Shown: one piece after another, positions 1 to 8,838 of the stretch | How positions within the stretch are numbered: the stretch's first letter is position 1 | How the letters are laid out: every line of letters begins with the position of its first letter | Assembly (NCBI GenBank): GCA_044222065.1 | Contig: JBGAOA010000065.1 | Span: 1 to 23,209 of the forward strand | DNA length: 23,209 nt | Origin: Candidatus Eiseniibacteriota bacterium | GTDB taxonomy: Bacteria > Eisenbacteria > RBG-16-71-46 | Reading direction: 5' to 3' | The notes under the pieces: model-generated | Seen by the model: only the letters and a program-made list of their open reading frames with translations | Databases searched by the model: none | What the model was told of the DNA's origin: nothing | Position numbers and translations under genes: made by a program

Positions 1-559
1 CCGCGCGCTCGAGCGCGGCGGCGTAGGCGAGGTAAGCGTCGGGCGAGACGTCCTCGTTGCGCGCGCGGTCGAACACGCCGAGCAGCGCGCGCAGGTGGGC
101 GTCGGGATTCCCGAGCGGCAGGTAGCGCTCGAGCCCGAGCTCGAACAGGCGCTCGCGCAGGAACACGAGGATCTCGGCCGTGCTCTCGACCCGCAGCTGC
201 GAGGTGAGCCCCAGCTCGACGGCGTGCTCGCGCACGAGCCGGTCGCAGAACGCGTTGAACGTCGCGATCGTGGCGCCGACGAAGCCGTACGGCACGAGCA
301 GGTCCACGCGCGACTCCATCTCGCTCGCGGCCTTGTCCGTGAACGTCAGCGCGAGGATCTGTTCGGCGCGCGCGCGCTTCGTCGCGATGAGCCAGGCGAT
401 GCGCCGCGTCACGACCTGCGTCTTGCCCGTGCCCGCGCCGGCGATGATGAGCAGCGGCCCCTGCGCGTGCGTGACGGCGCGCCGCTGTTCGTCGTTGAGT
501 CCGGCGAGAATCGCGTCGGCGCCGGAATCGGCCGGTGCGGAAGTGAGGGCGAGATCCAC
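1..559 (-). CDS. UvrD/PcrA/Rep-family (SF1) ATP-dependent DNA helicase, 5' part; continues past the left edge
   Basis: Not in the ORF track. Manual minus-strand translation from GTG at 559 gives MDLALTSAPADSGADAILAGLNDEQRRAVTHAQGPLLIIAGAGTGKTQVVTRRIAWLIATKRARAEQILALTFTDKAASEMESRVDLLVPYGFVGATIATFNAFCDRLVREH, with Q motif (LNDEQ), Walker A (AGAGTGKT), motif Ia (LTFTDKAA.EM) and Ib (TFNAF). An in-frame TAG at 569-571 limits the start. Confidence 0.93.
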   Translation of the reverse strand, partial: MDLALTSAPADSGADAILAGLNDEQRRAVTHAQGPLLIIAGAGTGKTQVVTRRIAWLIATKRARAEQILALTFTDKAASEMESRVDLLVPYGFVGATIATFNAFCDRLVREHAVELGLTSQLRVESTAEILVFLRERLFELGLERYLPLGNPDAHLRALLGVFDRARNEDVSPDAYLAYAAALERA

Positions 560-575
560 GGCCGCACGCTAGCAC
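560..575 (-). promoter_or_regulatory. Extended -10 promoter, probably giving a leaderless helicase mRNA
   Basis: Minus strand reads TG-C-TAGCGT-gcggcc-GTG: -10 at 571-566, 6 nt from the start codon, no Shine-Dalgarno. Confidence 0.55.
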
Positions 576-618
576 ACGCGCACGGCCGCTCCGTGTGGCG
601 TGCGCGCCGCGCGCCCCG

Positions 619-630
619 TATTGTGCGCGC
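619..630 (+). promoter_or_regulatory. -10 element, probably giving a leaderless SBP mRNA
   Basis: TATTGT (619-624), then gcgcgc, then ATG at 631; no Shine-Dalgarno. Confidence 0.55.
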
Positions 631-2163
631 ATGTCCCTTCACGCACGGAAGCGTGCGCGCCGCACGGCGCTCGCCGCACTCGCGCTCGCGGCATTGATCG
701 CGGGCTGCGGCGGCGCGCGCCCTGAAGCGCCGATCGCGCGCACGTGGTGGATCGGCCGCGCGCTGCCCTCGTGGGATCCGCTCGGACCGCGGGAGCCGGT
801 GCGCGACGCGCTCCAAAGGCTCGTCTCGCGTCCGCTCGTGGACTTCGATTCGCTGGGCGGCGTGACGGCCGCCGGCGCCGCGAGCTTCGCGAGCGATTCG
901 GCCGGACTGCGCTGGACGTTCCGGCTGCGCGATTCGCTCGCGAGCGCCGCCGACTACCAGCGCACGCTGCTCGCCGCGCTCGAGCGGACCGACCACGGGC
1001 TCGCGCGCTGGACGCTCGCCGCGGTCCGCGGCGTGGACGCCGTGCGCCCGCGCCGGCCGCTGCCCGCGATCGGCATCGCCGCGGCCGATGCGCGCACGCT
1101 CGTCTTCCGCCTCGTCCGTCCGGACGAGCGCCTTCCCGAGAAGCTCGCGGCGAGCGGGCTCGCCTTCGCGTGGACGTCGGACTCGCTCGGCGGCGACTGG
1201 AGCGCCGCGCGCGGGTCGGGATCGTGGCGGATCGCGCGCGAGGAGCCGGGACGCCTCGTGCTGCTGCGATCGCGCGCGTCCCGTGCCGCAACGATCGTCG
1301 ACACGCTCGTCGTGCGCTCGGGCATTGGCGCCGGCCGTGCGCGCGCGGTGCTGCGCGCGGGCCGCGCCGACGTCGTCTGGCCGCTGCCGCCCGGGCTCGC
1401 CTCGGAACGTCCCCCGGCGGGTTACGCGCTCGGACGAACGCCGGCGCGCCCCGCGCGGCACCTCGTGCTCGTCCTGCGCGCGGACACGCCGCCGATGACG
1501 CGATTGCCCGCGCGTCAGGCGCTGCTGCACGCGCTCGAATGGCCCGAGCTCACGAAGTCGCTCGAGCCGGTCGGCTCGCCGCCGCGGGACTGGCTCGGGA
1601 GCGGCGGCCTCGCGGAACCGCCGCGCTTCGACCGGCGCGAGACGGCCGCGTGGCTCGAGCGCGGCAAGCTCGGCAGTTCGATCCATCCCGTGCTTGCGTA
1701 CGACGCCGACGGCGCCGGCGCCGAGGTCGCGCGCCTCATGCAGGGACAGGCGTCGCGCGTCGGCCTCTACCTGGACCTCGCGCCCTTGCGAGGCGCGGAG
1801 TGGCCCCGCGAGGCCCTCGGCGGCTGGCGGGCACAGGCTCTGCTCGTCGAGACGCAGCCGCCGATCGAAGGCGCGGAAGGGGAGGTCGCCCGCTGGGTCC
1901 AGCCCGCCCGGGGTGCCGCCGCCGGTGGCTTCCGGCCCGGTTGGCGGCCCGCCGACATCCCGGCCTGGGACCGCGCGCAGCGTGCCGCGCCCTCGCTCGA
2001 CTTGCTGAGAGGCCGGATCGCGGACGAGGGCCTGGCGACGCCGCTCTCGAGCCTGGACTGGGTTTGGGTCGTAAGGGCCGGGGGATTTCTCCCGGTAAAC
2101 GCGCGCAATGGCCCGGACTTCGAAGCGTGGCTTCGGGCGGATTCCGATCGCGTTCGGCGTTGA
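631..2163 (+). CDS. Divergent ABC-type peptide/nickel solute-binding lipoprotein (SBP family 5-like)
   Basis: ORF 595..2163 with ATG at 631. It has a basic N-region, a hydrophobic stretch and the lipobox LIAG-C. Family-5-like segments include LV.FD..G...AGAASF..D..GLRWTFRLRD, GIAAADARTLVFRL..P, GSGSWRI and ARQALLHALEW.EL. Confidence 0.72.
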   Translation: MSLHARKRARRTALAALALAALIAGCGGARPEAPIARTWWIGRALPSWDPLGPREPVRDALQRLVSRPLVDFDSLGGVTAAGAASFASDSAGLRWTFRLRDSLASAADYQRTLLAALERTDHGLARWTLAAVRGVDAVRPRRPLPAIGIAAADARTLVFRLVRPDERLPEKLAASGLAFAWTSDSLGGDWSAARGSGSWRIAREEPGRLVLLRSRASRAATIVDTLVVRSGIGAGRARAVLRAGRADVVWPLPPGLASERPPAGYALGRTPARPARHLVLVLRADTPPMTRLPARQALLHALEWPELTKSLEPVGSPPRDWLGSGGLAEPPRFDRRETAAWLERGKLGSSIHPVLAYDADGAGAEVARLMQGQASRVGLYLDLAPLRGAEWPREALGGWRAQALLVETQPPIEGAEGEVARWVQPARGAAAGGFRPGWRPADIPAWDRAQRAAPSLDLLRGRIADEGLATPLSSLDWVWVVRAGGFLPVNARNGPDFEAWLRADSDRVRR

Positions 2164-2189
2164 CCGGCCCGCGCGGCCACACCTATCCT
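2160..2189 (+). promoter_or_regulatory. Sigma70-type promoter for the C25 protease gene
   Basis: TTGACC (2160-2165, overlapping the SBP stop codon), 18-nt spacer, TATCCT (2184-2189). Confidence 0.55.
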
Positions 2190-2340
2190 TGACCACGACT
2201 TTCTCCGCCAACGAGCTGCCGTCGCCCCAGCCGCGACGCGTTCGCGGTGCCGCACCGAGTCCCCTCTCGCCGGCCGCAACCCACGAGACGCCGCAACTTC
2301 AGACCGACCGCCTGTGAAGGTCACCCGGGAGCCCGCAACG

Positions 2341-5300
2341 ATGTCTCTGCGCTCGTCACTGGTGCTCGCCTCCGCGCTGCTCGCATCGCTCATCGCCGCG
2401 GACGCCGATGCGGCCAGCCGCATCCGCCGTTCGTTCGAGCTGTCCCCCGACCGGATCACGCTCACGCCCTCCGGCGACGTCACGATCGTCTCCGCGCGCG
2501 GCGGCATGCCCGAGAGCCGACCCGGCCGTCCCGAAGTGCCGTGGATCACGGAACTCGTGGACCTGCCGGAAGGGCAGCGGATCGCGAGCGTGCGCGTCGT
2601 CGCGGCGGAGTTCGCGCCGCTCTCCGCGCGCGTGCAGCTGCCGTCGGCGCGCGTGCCGAAGCCCGGCCTCGGGCCGATCGAGCGGACGCCGAGGGACACG
2701 CGGTACTTCTCGAGCGGGCAGAGCCAGCCCGAGACGATCGTCGAATTGGGCGCCCAGGGCGGCTGGCGCGGCCGCGACGTCGCGGCGCTCGGCCTCGCGG
2801 CGGCGCGCTGGAATCCGTCGAGCGGGGCGCTCGAGCGTCTCGCGCGGGTCGAGGTCGAACTCGTGCTCGAGCCGACCGGCGAGCGCTCGCTCGTGCGCGA
2901 GCGCGTCGTTCCGGAGTGGGAGGACGCGCCGCTCGCCGGCCGCACCGCGACGGCGTTCGGCGCCGCGCGCGTCGCGAAGCCGTCGACTCCCGCCGCGCCG
3001 TTCAAGGCGACGCAGCTTCCGTCGCTGCTCGGAAGCCCCGTCGAGTACGTGATCATCACGGACGAAGCGCAGGCGCCGATCTACCAGCAGCTCGCCGACT
3101 GGAAGACGCAGAAGGGCGTGCCCGCGGTCGTGCGGACGCTGTCGTTCATCCAGCAGCAGTACCCGCTCGGCTCCGACGACGCCGAGCGCGTGCGGCTCTT
3201 CCTTCGTGACGCCTACACGCGCTGGGGGACGAAGTACGTGCTGCTCGGCGGCGACACCGGCGTTCTGCCCACGCGCTTCGCGTACACGCGCTTCTACGAC
3301 GGCAACTACATCGCGACCGACCTCTACTACTCGTGCCTCGACGGCAACTGGAACGCCGACGGCGACAGCATCTACGGCGAGGGTTACACGACCGCGCAGG
3401 ACACGGGCGACAACTGCGACCTCTACCCCGAGGTCTACGTCGGTCGCGCGCCGACGCTGAACGCGGCGCAGGCCCAGCAGTTCGTGAACCGCTCGATGCA
3501 GTACGAGAAGAACCCCGCCGGCGACTACGAGAACAAGGTGCTGTTCTTCGCGGAGGTGCTGTTCCCGCAGGACTGGCAGCCGGGTGACGGTGTTTCGCTC
3601 GACGGCGCGGAGCTGGTCGAGGACGTGCTGCCCGTGCTCGCGACGAATCCGTCGCTGCTCGTGCGGCGCCTGTACCAGAACTACACCGATCCGCTGTGGA
3701 CGCCGGGCTCGTTCCCCGAATCGCGCCAGGCGGTCATCGACACGCTCAACAAGGGCTGGAACGTCGCGGTGCACGTCGGTCACGGCTACCGCAACGTGAT
3801 GTCGGTCGGCGATGCGAGCCTGACGAACCAGGACGCGCTCGCGCTCGCGAACGGCAACCGGCTGACGAACCTGTACGCCATCAACTGCACTTCGAACGCG
3901 ATCAACTTCCCGTCGATCGGCGAAGCCTTCATGCAGGCGACGAGCGGCGGCGCGGTGACGAACATCGGCTCGACGAACCTCGACTTCCCGACGGCCGGCC
4001 GCGCGTACCAGACCGAGTACTTCACGCTTCTCTACCAGGACAGCATCACGACGATCGGCGAGGCGCAGGCGCTGCAGAAGGTGCCTTACATCGGCTTCTC
4101 CACGACCGACGGCGTGAACCGCTGGACGCAGATGACGCTGCTGCTGCTCGGCGATCCCGAACTGCAGGTGTACACGGGCAAGCCCCGCACGATGACCGTC
4201 GCCCACGCCTCGACGATGGCGGCCACGGACACGACCCTCGCGGTGAACGTCCTCATCGGCGGCCAGCCCCTGTACGGCGCGCGCGTGACGGCCTACATCG
4301 GCGGCGTGGATTTCGGCACGACGCTCACCGACGGCGCGGGCAACGCGCTCGTCCACGTCCGTCCGGACTCGATCGGCACGCTGACGCTCACGGTCACCGG
4401 GTTCGACTGCCGTCCGTACCAGGCCACGCTCTCGATCACGGCCCCCGTCGCGCCGGTGCTGTCACTCGAAACGTCGACGATCGACGACGACGCGCTCGGC
4501 GGCACGCTGGGCAACGCGGACGGCGCGGTCGACGCCGGTGAAACCGTAGACGTCACGCTCGCGGTCGCGAACCACGGCGGCACGGCGGCGAACAACGTGG
4601 TCGCGTCGCTCTCGACCACGGATCCGTCGATCTCGATCGGCATCGGAACGGCGAGCTACGGCTCGATCGGGGCGGGCGGCACGGCGCTGCCCGCGGCGGG
4701 CTTCCGGATCACGGTGCCGACCTCGGTCGAGGACCAGCGCGAGGTGCCGTTCGACGTCGTCGTGAGCGACGATGCCGGACATCTCGTGCGGCGCTCGATC
4801 CAGCTGACGGTGCGCGCCGCCGAACTTCGCCAGTACACGCACGTCGTACTCGATCCCTCGGGCAACAACAACGGCATTCCGGATCCGGGCGAGACGGTGA
4901 CGCTGCGCGTGCGCGTCCGGAACGACGGCACCGGCCGCTCGCGCGGGATCTACGCCCGCCTGCGCCCGGTCGCCGCATTCGATCCGAACGTGGACGTGTT
5001 CGACTCCACGGCGGCCGTCGTGGATCTCGCGAGCGGTCAAGACGCGGTGGCCGAGGACCTGTCACTGCGCTTCAACACGACGTCGGGCGTCGCGCTGCTC
5101 TACCTGTACGACGAGTACGGCCTGCGCACGGTGCAGCGCATCGACCCCACGTACCCGACAGTGCCGACGGCGCTCGCGGCCCGAGGTGAAGCGACGAACA
5201 TCCAGCTGCAGTGGCAGCACAGCCCGGAAGCCGACCTGCGCGGCTACTACATCTACCGCTCGTCCACCTCGGGCGGAACCTACACGCGCGTCAACGGGCG

Positions 5301-7053
5301 GCCGACCGAGCGCACGTCGTACTACCTCGACGAGGGCCTGAGCCCGCTGACCTACTACTACTACAAGATCACCGCGGTGGACTCGTCCGGCAACGAGTCG
5401 GCACTGTCCGGGTTCGTGCAGGCGAACACGAATCCGCCGCTGCACGCGATCTTCCCGATCGCGATGGACCGCCTCACGCCGGCGCCCGTCGCGGTCGACC
5501 ACCTGTACCCCGGCTATCCGATGGACATCGTCGCGGGCTCGGGCCGGCTGTTCGTCTGGCACCTCGACGGCTCGTCGCCGATCGACGCCGACGGCGGCGG
5601 CTCCACGTCGGGCGACTTCACGCTGCGAGGCGAGTACTACGCGGCGGGCGGCTCGATCGGTGACCTCGATGGCGACCACGTGGCCGACATCGCCGCGGGC
5701 GCCTGGGATTCGCTGCGCGTGTACACGTTCGATCTGGCGGGCAACGTGCGGCCGGGCTGGCCGGTGCTCGTCCCCGACGGCATGTGGTCGGCGCCCGCGC
5801 TCGGAGACCTCGACAACGACGGCAAGATGGAGATCGTGATCGGGTCCAACGGCAACAAGATTTACGCGCTGCGCGAGAACGGCACCGAGGTGATCGACGG
5901 CGATTCGAATCCCTCGACGCTCGGCGTGTTCAAGCTGCTGAGCGGCAGCTTCAACTTCGGCACCGCCGCGATCGCCGATCTCGACAACAACGGCCAGAAG
6001 GACATCGTGTACGGCGGCGCCGACGGCTGGCTCTACGCGTGGCGCCCGAACGGAACGAACCTGCCCGGCTTCCCGCGCTTCCTCGGCGGCAGCATCACGG
6101 GCTCGGTCGCGGTCGGTTACCTGGACGGCGCCGGCGACACGCAAATGGACATCGCGGTCGTCTCGAGCATCGACTCGCTCTGGGTCGTGCGCGCGGACGG
6201 CTCGATCCGCACGCGCCTGTGGATGCGCATCGCCGGCACGAGCAAGCAGCCGTCGCCCGCGATCGCCGACGTGAACATGGACGGCTTCGCCGACGTCGTC
6301 GTCGCGAGCACGAACGGCGGCCTGTACGTCGTCAACCGCAACAGCGTCTACCAGGCCCCGTGGCTGAACATCCGCTACAGCCCGCTCACGGGAGGGGCGT
6401 CCGAGAGCAGCCCGATCGTCGCCGACCTCAACGGCGACGGCATCAACGACATTCTCATGGGCGACGAGACCGGCCAGCTCACGGCGTTCAGCGGGAACAA
6501 CGCGTCGATCCTGCCGGGATTCCCGATCCAGGTCGGGGCCGAGATCCGCGGCGTGCCGGCGGCGTGCGACTGCGACGCCGATGGCAAGACCGAGATCGTG
6601 CTCGCGAGCTGGGACAAGAACCTCTACGTCTGGGACTACGACTTCCCGTTCAATCCGGTCGGCGCGCCGGCGTGGCCGCAGTTCCACCACGACGCACGCC
6701 GCACGGGATTCACGGGCAGTCTCGCGTTCGTGGACGTCGAAGGGCCGACGGAGGGGCCGGCTCCGGCCCGCCTGTCGCTCGCCGCGCCGAGCCCGAATCC
6801 CACGCGCAGCCTCGCGCTCGTCCGGTTCGGCATTCCGACCGAGGACGCCGGCGCGCGCTACGAGCTCGCGGCCTTCGACCTCGCCGGCCGCCGTCTCGCG
6901 ACGCTCGCGAGCGGACCCGCGCGCGCGGGCGAGTACACCGCGCGCTGGAACCTGACGACGGACGCGGGCGCGCGCGTTTCCGACGGCGTGTACTTCCTCC
7001 GGCTCGCGGTCGGAGCGAAGAGCGAGGCGCGCAAGGTCATCGTCGTCCGCTGA
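2341..7053 (+). CDS. Secreted multidomain peptidase C25 (gingipain-like): signal peptide, propeptide, catalytic domain, Ig/CARDB-like domains, FN3, FG-GAP/VCBS propeller and FlgD-Ig/T9SS-like CTD
   Basis: ATG at 2341 follows GGGAG; signal peptide ends ADA. Propeptide motif PGRPEVP. C25 motifs EYVIIT, LADWKTQKG, YVLLGGD, TDLYYSCLDG, VYVGRAP, HVGHG (His at 3781), INC (Cys at 3886), LLGDP. FN3 at ~5155-5430. DxD/NxDG repeats at ~5660-6600. C-terminus has PNP...FDLAGR...W...DGVYFLRL...RKVIVVR. Confidence 0.9.
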   Translation: MSLRSSLVLASALLASLIAADADAASRIRRSFELSPDRITLTPSGDVTIVSARGGMPESRPGRPEVPWITELVDLPEGQRIASVRVVAAEFAPLSARVQLPSARVPKPGLGPIERTPRDTRYFSSGQSQPETIVELGAQGGWRGRDVAALGLAAARWNPSSGALERLARVEVELVLEPTGERSLVRERVVPEWEDAPLAGRTATAFGAARVAKPSTPAAPFKATQLPSLLGSPVEYVIITDEAQAPIYQQLADWKTQKGVPAVVRTLSFIQQQYPLGSDDAERVRLFLRDAYTRWGTKYVLLGGDTGVLPTRFAYTRFYDGNYIATDLYYSCLDGNWNADGDSIYGEGYTTAQDTGDNCDLYPEVYVGRAPTLNAAQAQQFVNRSMQYEKNPAGDYENKVLFFAEVLFPQDWQPGDGVSLDGAELVEDVLPVLATNPSLLVRRLYQNYTDPLWTPGSFPESRQAVIDTLNKGWNVAVHVGHGYRNVMSVGDASLTNQDALALANGNRLTNLYAINCTSNAINFPSIGEAFMQATSGGAVTNIGSTNLDFPTAGRAYQTEYFTLLYQDSITTIGEAQALQKVPYIGFSTTDGVNRWTQMTLLLLGDPELQVYTGKPRTMTVAHASTMAATDTTLAVNVLIGGQPLYGARVTAYIGGVDFGTTLTDGAGNALVHVRPDSIGTLTLTVTGFDCRPYQATLSITAPVAPVLSLETSTIDDDALGGTLGNADGAVDAGETVDVTLAVANHGGTAANNVVASLSTTDPSISIGIGTASYGSIGAGGTALPAAGFRITVPTSVEDQREVPFDVVVSDDAGHLVRRSIQLTVRAAELRQYTHVVLDPSGNNNGIPDPGETVTLRVRVRNDGTGRSRGIYARLRPVAAFDPNVDVFDSTAAVVDLASGQDAVAEDLSLRFNTTSGVALLYLYDEYGLRTVQRIDPTYPTVPTALAARGEATNIQLQWQHSPEADLRGYYIYRSSTSGGTYTRVNGRPTERTSYYLDEGLSPLTYYYYKITAVDSSGNESALSGFVQANTNPPLHAIFPIAMDRLTPAPVAVDHLYPGYPMDIVAGSGRLFVWHLDGSSPIDADGGGSTSGDFTLRGEYYAAGGSIGDLDGDHVADIAAGAWDSLRVYTFDLAGNVRPGWPVLVPDGMWSAPALGDLDNDGKMEIVIGSNGNKIYALRENGTEVIDGDSNPSTLGVFKLLSGSFNFGTAAIADLDNNGQKDIVYGGADGWLYAWRPNGTNLPGFPRFLGGSITGSVAVGYLDGAGDTQMDIAVVSSIDSLWVVRADGSIRTRLWMRIAGTSKQPSPAIADVNMDGFADVVVASTNGGLYVVNRNSVYQAPWLNIRYSPLTGGASESSPIVADLNGDGINDILMGDETGQLTAFSGNNASILPGFPIQVGAEIRGVPAACDCDADGKTEIVLASWDKNLYVWDYDFPFNPVGAPAWPQFHHDARRTGFTGSLAFVDVEGPTEGPAPARLSLAAPSPNPTRSLALVRFGIPTEDAGARYELAAFDLAGRRLATLASGPARAGEYTARWNLTTDAGARVSDGVYFLRLAVGAKSEARKVIVVR
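5660..6715 (+). repeat. About 7 FG-GAP/VCBS Ca-binding repeats within the C25 protein
   Basis: DLDGDHVADI, DLDNDGKMEI, DLDNNGQKDI, YLDGAGDTQMDI, DVNMDGFADV, DLNGDGINDI and DCDADGKTEI, with GWPV/GFPR/GFPI linkers and a closing WPQFHHDARRTG motif. Confidence 0.85.
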
Positions 7054-7056
7054 CGC

Positions 7057-7105
7057 GACGCAGCCGACGCCGCCGCGGGCCCCGCCTCCGGCGGCGTCGT
7101 GCGTT
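7057..7105 (+). terminator. GC-rich hairpin after the C25 gene (possible terminator or stability stem)
   Basis: CGACGCCGCCG (7065-7075) pairs with CGGCGGCGTCG (7089-7099) and extends via GACGCA/TGCGTT; no strong U-tract. Confidence 0.5.
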
Positions 7106-7183
7106 CGGGCGCGAGGCGCTTGACCATCGCGCCTGCGCCTCCGGAACGTCGCCGCCTTCGCCGATCACCGGGAGGCCGAATCC

Positions 7184-8641
7184 ATGAGCGTTCGCGTCCG
7201 TTTCGCGCCCAGTCCGAGCGGATTCCTGCACGTCGGAGGCGCACGCACCGCGCTCTACAACTACCTCTTCGCGCGCGGACGCGGCGGCGCGTTCGTGCTG
7301 CGTATCGAGGACACGGACGCGGCGCGCTCCACCGAGGACTCCGTGCGCGCGATCCTCTCGAGCCTGCGCTGGCTCGGGCTCGAGTGGGACGAGGGACCGG
7401 GCGTGGGCGGCCCGCACGGACCCTACTTCCAGGCCCAGCGCCGGGCGCTCTATCACGCTCGCGCGGCGGAGCTGCTCGCGGCCGGCCGCGCGTACCGGTG
7501 CTTCTGCACGCCCGACGACATCGAATCGCGGCGCGCGACGCAGGCCGAGCGCGGCGAGGCGCCGCGTTACGACGGCCGTTGCCGCGGCGTCGCGGCCGGG
7601 GAGAGCGCAAGCCGCGCCGAGGCGGGCGAGGCGCACGCCGTGCGGTACGCGCTCGATCCCGCGGGCGAGAGCGCGTGGGACGACGTCGTGCGCGGCCGCA
7701 TCGCATTCCAGAACGAACTGCTCGACGACTTCGTGCTGCTGCGCGCGGACGGGCTTCCGACCTACAACTTCGCGTGCGTCGTGGACGACCGCGCGATGGA
7801 GATCACGCACGTCGTGCGCGGCGACGACCACATCTCGAACACCCCGCGTCAGCTGCTGCTGTACGCCGCGTTCGGCTGGACGCCCCCGGTCTTCGCGCAC
7901 GTCCCGATGATCCTCGGCGCCGACGGTTCGCGGCTCTCGAAGCGTCACGGCGCGACGTCGGTCGAAGCGTTCCGCGATCTCGGCTACGTGCCCGAGGCGA
8001 TCGACAACTTCCTCGCGCTGCTCGGCTGGGGCTACGACGGGCAGCAGGAACTGTTCTCGCTCCCGGACCTCGTCGAGAAGTTCACGCTCGAGCGCGTGGG
8101 CGCGAACCCGGCGATCTTCAACCTCGAGAAGCTCGAGTGGGTGAACGCGCAGCACCTGAAGCGGCTCGACGAATCCGAGCGCGAGGCCCGGCTCGCCGCG
8201 TTCCTCGCCGCGCGCGGCGTGGACCTGTCGTCGAGGACGTCGGAATGGCGGCGCACGTTCGTTCGCGCGCTCGGGGAGCGGCTCAAGACGCTCGCCGACG
8301 CCGAGACGGTCGGTGCGTTCGCGCTCGGCGACGCGCTCGATCCCGATCCCGACGCGTGGCGAGCGTTGGAGCAGCGGCCCCAGGCCGGACCTCAGCTCGA
8401 GGCGCTCGCCTCGGTGCTGCGCACGCTCGAGCCCTTCGATCTCGAATCGCTCGAACGCGAGACGCGCGCGCTCGCCGCACGACTCGGCTGCAAAGCGGGG
8501 GAGTTGATCGGTGCGGCGCGCGTCGCGCTCACTGGGCGAGCAACGAGCCCCGGCATCTTCGAGGTGATGTGGCTCGTCGGGAGGGAGCGGGCGGTCGCCC
8601 GGCTCGAAGCGGCGGCGGCGCGCGTTTCGGCGGCGCGCTGA
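7184..8641 (+). CDS. gltX: Glutamate--tRNA ligase
   Basis: VRVRFAPSPSG.LHVGG (HIGH), LRIEDTD, CFC...YDGRC Zn motif, PTYNFA.VVDD, THVVRGDDH, RLSKRHG (KMSKS), C-terminal anticodon-binding domain; SD GGAGG at 7171-7175. Confidence 0.98.
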   Translation: MSVRVRFAPSPSGFLHVGGARTALYNYLFARGRGGAFVLRIEDTDAARSTEDSVRAILSSLRWLGLEWDEGPGVGGPHGPYFQAQRRALYHARAAELLAAGRAYRCFCTPDDIESRRATQAERGEAPRYDGRCRGVAAGESASRAEAGEAHAVRYALDPAGESAWDDVVRGRIAFQNELLDDFVLLRADGLPTYNFACVVDDRAMEITHVVRGDDHISNTPRQLLLYAAFGWTPPVFAHVPMILGADGSRLSKRHGATSVEAFRDLGYVPEAIDNFLALLGWGYDGQQELFSLPDLVEKFTLERVGANPAIFNLEKLEWVNAQHLKRLDESEREARLAAFLAARGVDLSSRTSEWRRTFVRALGERLKTLADAETVGAFALGDALDPDPDAWRALEQRPQAGPQLEALASVLRTLEPFDLESLERETRALAARLGCKAGELIGAARVALTGRATSPGIFEVMWLVGRERAVARLEAAAARVSAAR

Positions 8642-8670
8642 AAGGCTGGAACACCGCTGCCGGCCTCGGT

Positions 8671-8699
8671 TTGCCACGTTCGGGGCGGTTTGCTAGTGT
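8671..8699 (+). promoter_or_regulatory. Sigma70 promoter for tRNA-Gln
   Basis: TTGCCA (8671-8676), 17-nt spacer ending TGC, TAGTGT (8694-8699), followed by a GC-rich discriminator. Confidence 0.7.
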
Positions 8700-8716
8700 G
8701 CCGGCCCGCTTTGCAT

Positions 8717-8790
8717 TGCCCGGTGGTGTAACGGTAGCACGACTGGCTCTGGACCAGTTAGTCGAGGTTCGAATCCTTGCCGGGCAGCCA
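8717..8790 (+). tRNA. tRNA-Gln (anticodon CTG)
   Basis: Acceptor stem TGCCCGG/CCGGGCA, anticodon arm ACTGG-CTCTGGA-CCAGT, T-loop GGTTCGAATCC, discriminator G, encoded CCA. Confidence 0.97.
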
Positions 8791-8796
8791 CGTCCT

Positions 8797-8831
8797 CGAG
8801 GCCGTTCGTCTCGAACGGCCTCGCGTGCTTT
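8797..8831 (+). terminator. Hairpin after tRNA-Gln (probable intrinsic terminator)
   Basis: Perfect 12-bp stem CGAGGCCGTTCG-TCT-CGAACGGCCTCG (8797-8823), followed by CGTGCTTT. Confidence 0.7.
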
Positions 8832-8838
8832 GCGAATC

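Noticed and set aside
95..697. Plus-strand ORFs 95..697 and 180..572
   Set aside because: They are antisense shadows of the minus-strand helicase.
631..710. Twin-arginine (Tat) signal in the SBP N-terminus
   Set aside because: RRTAL is a poor match to S/T-RR-x-FLK, and a Sec lipoprotein signal explains the region.
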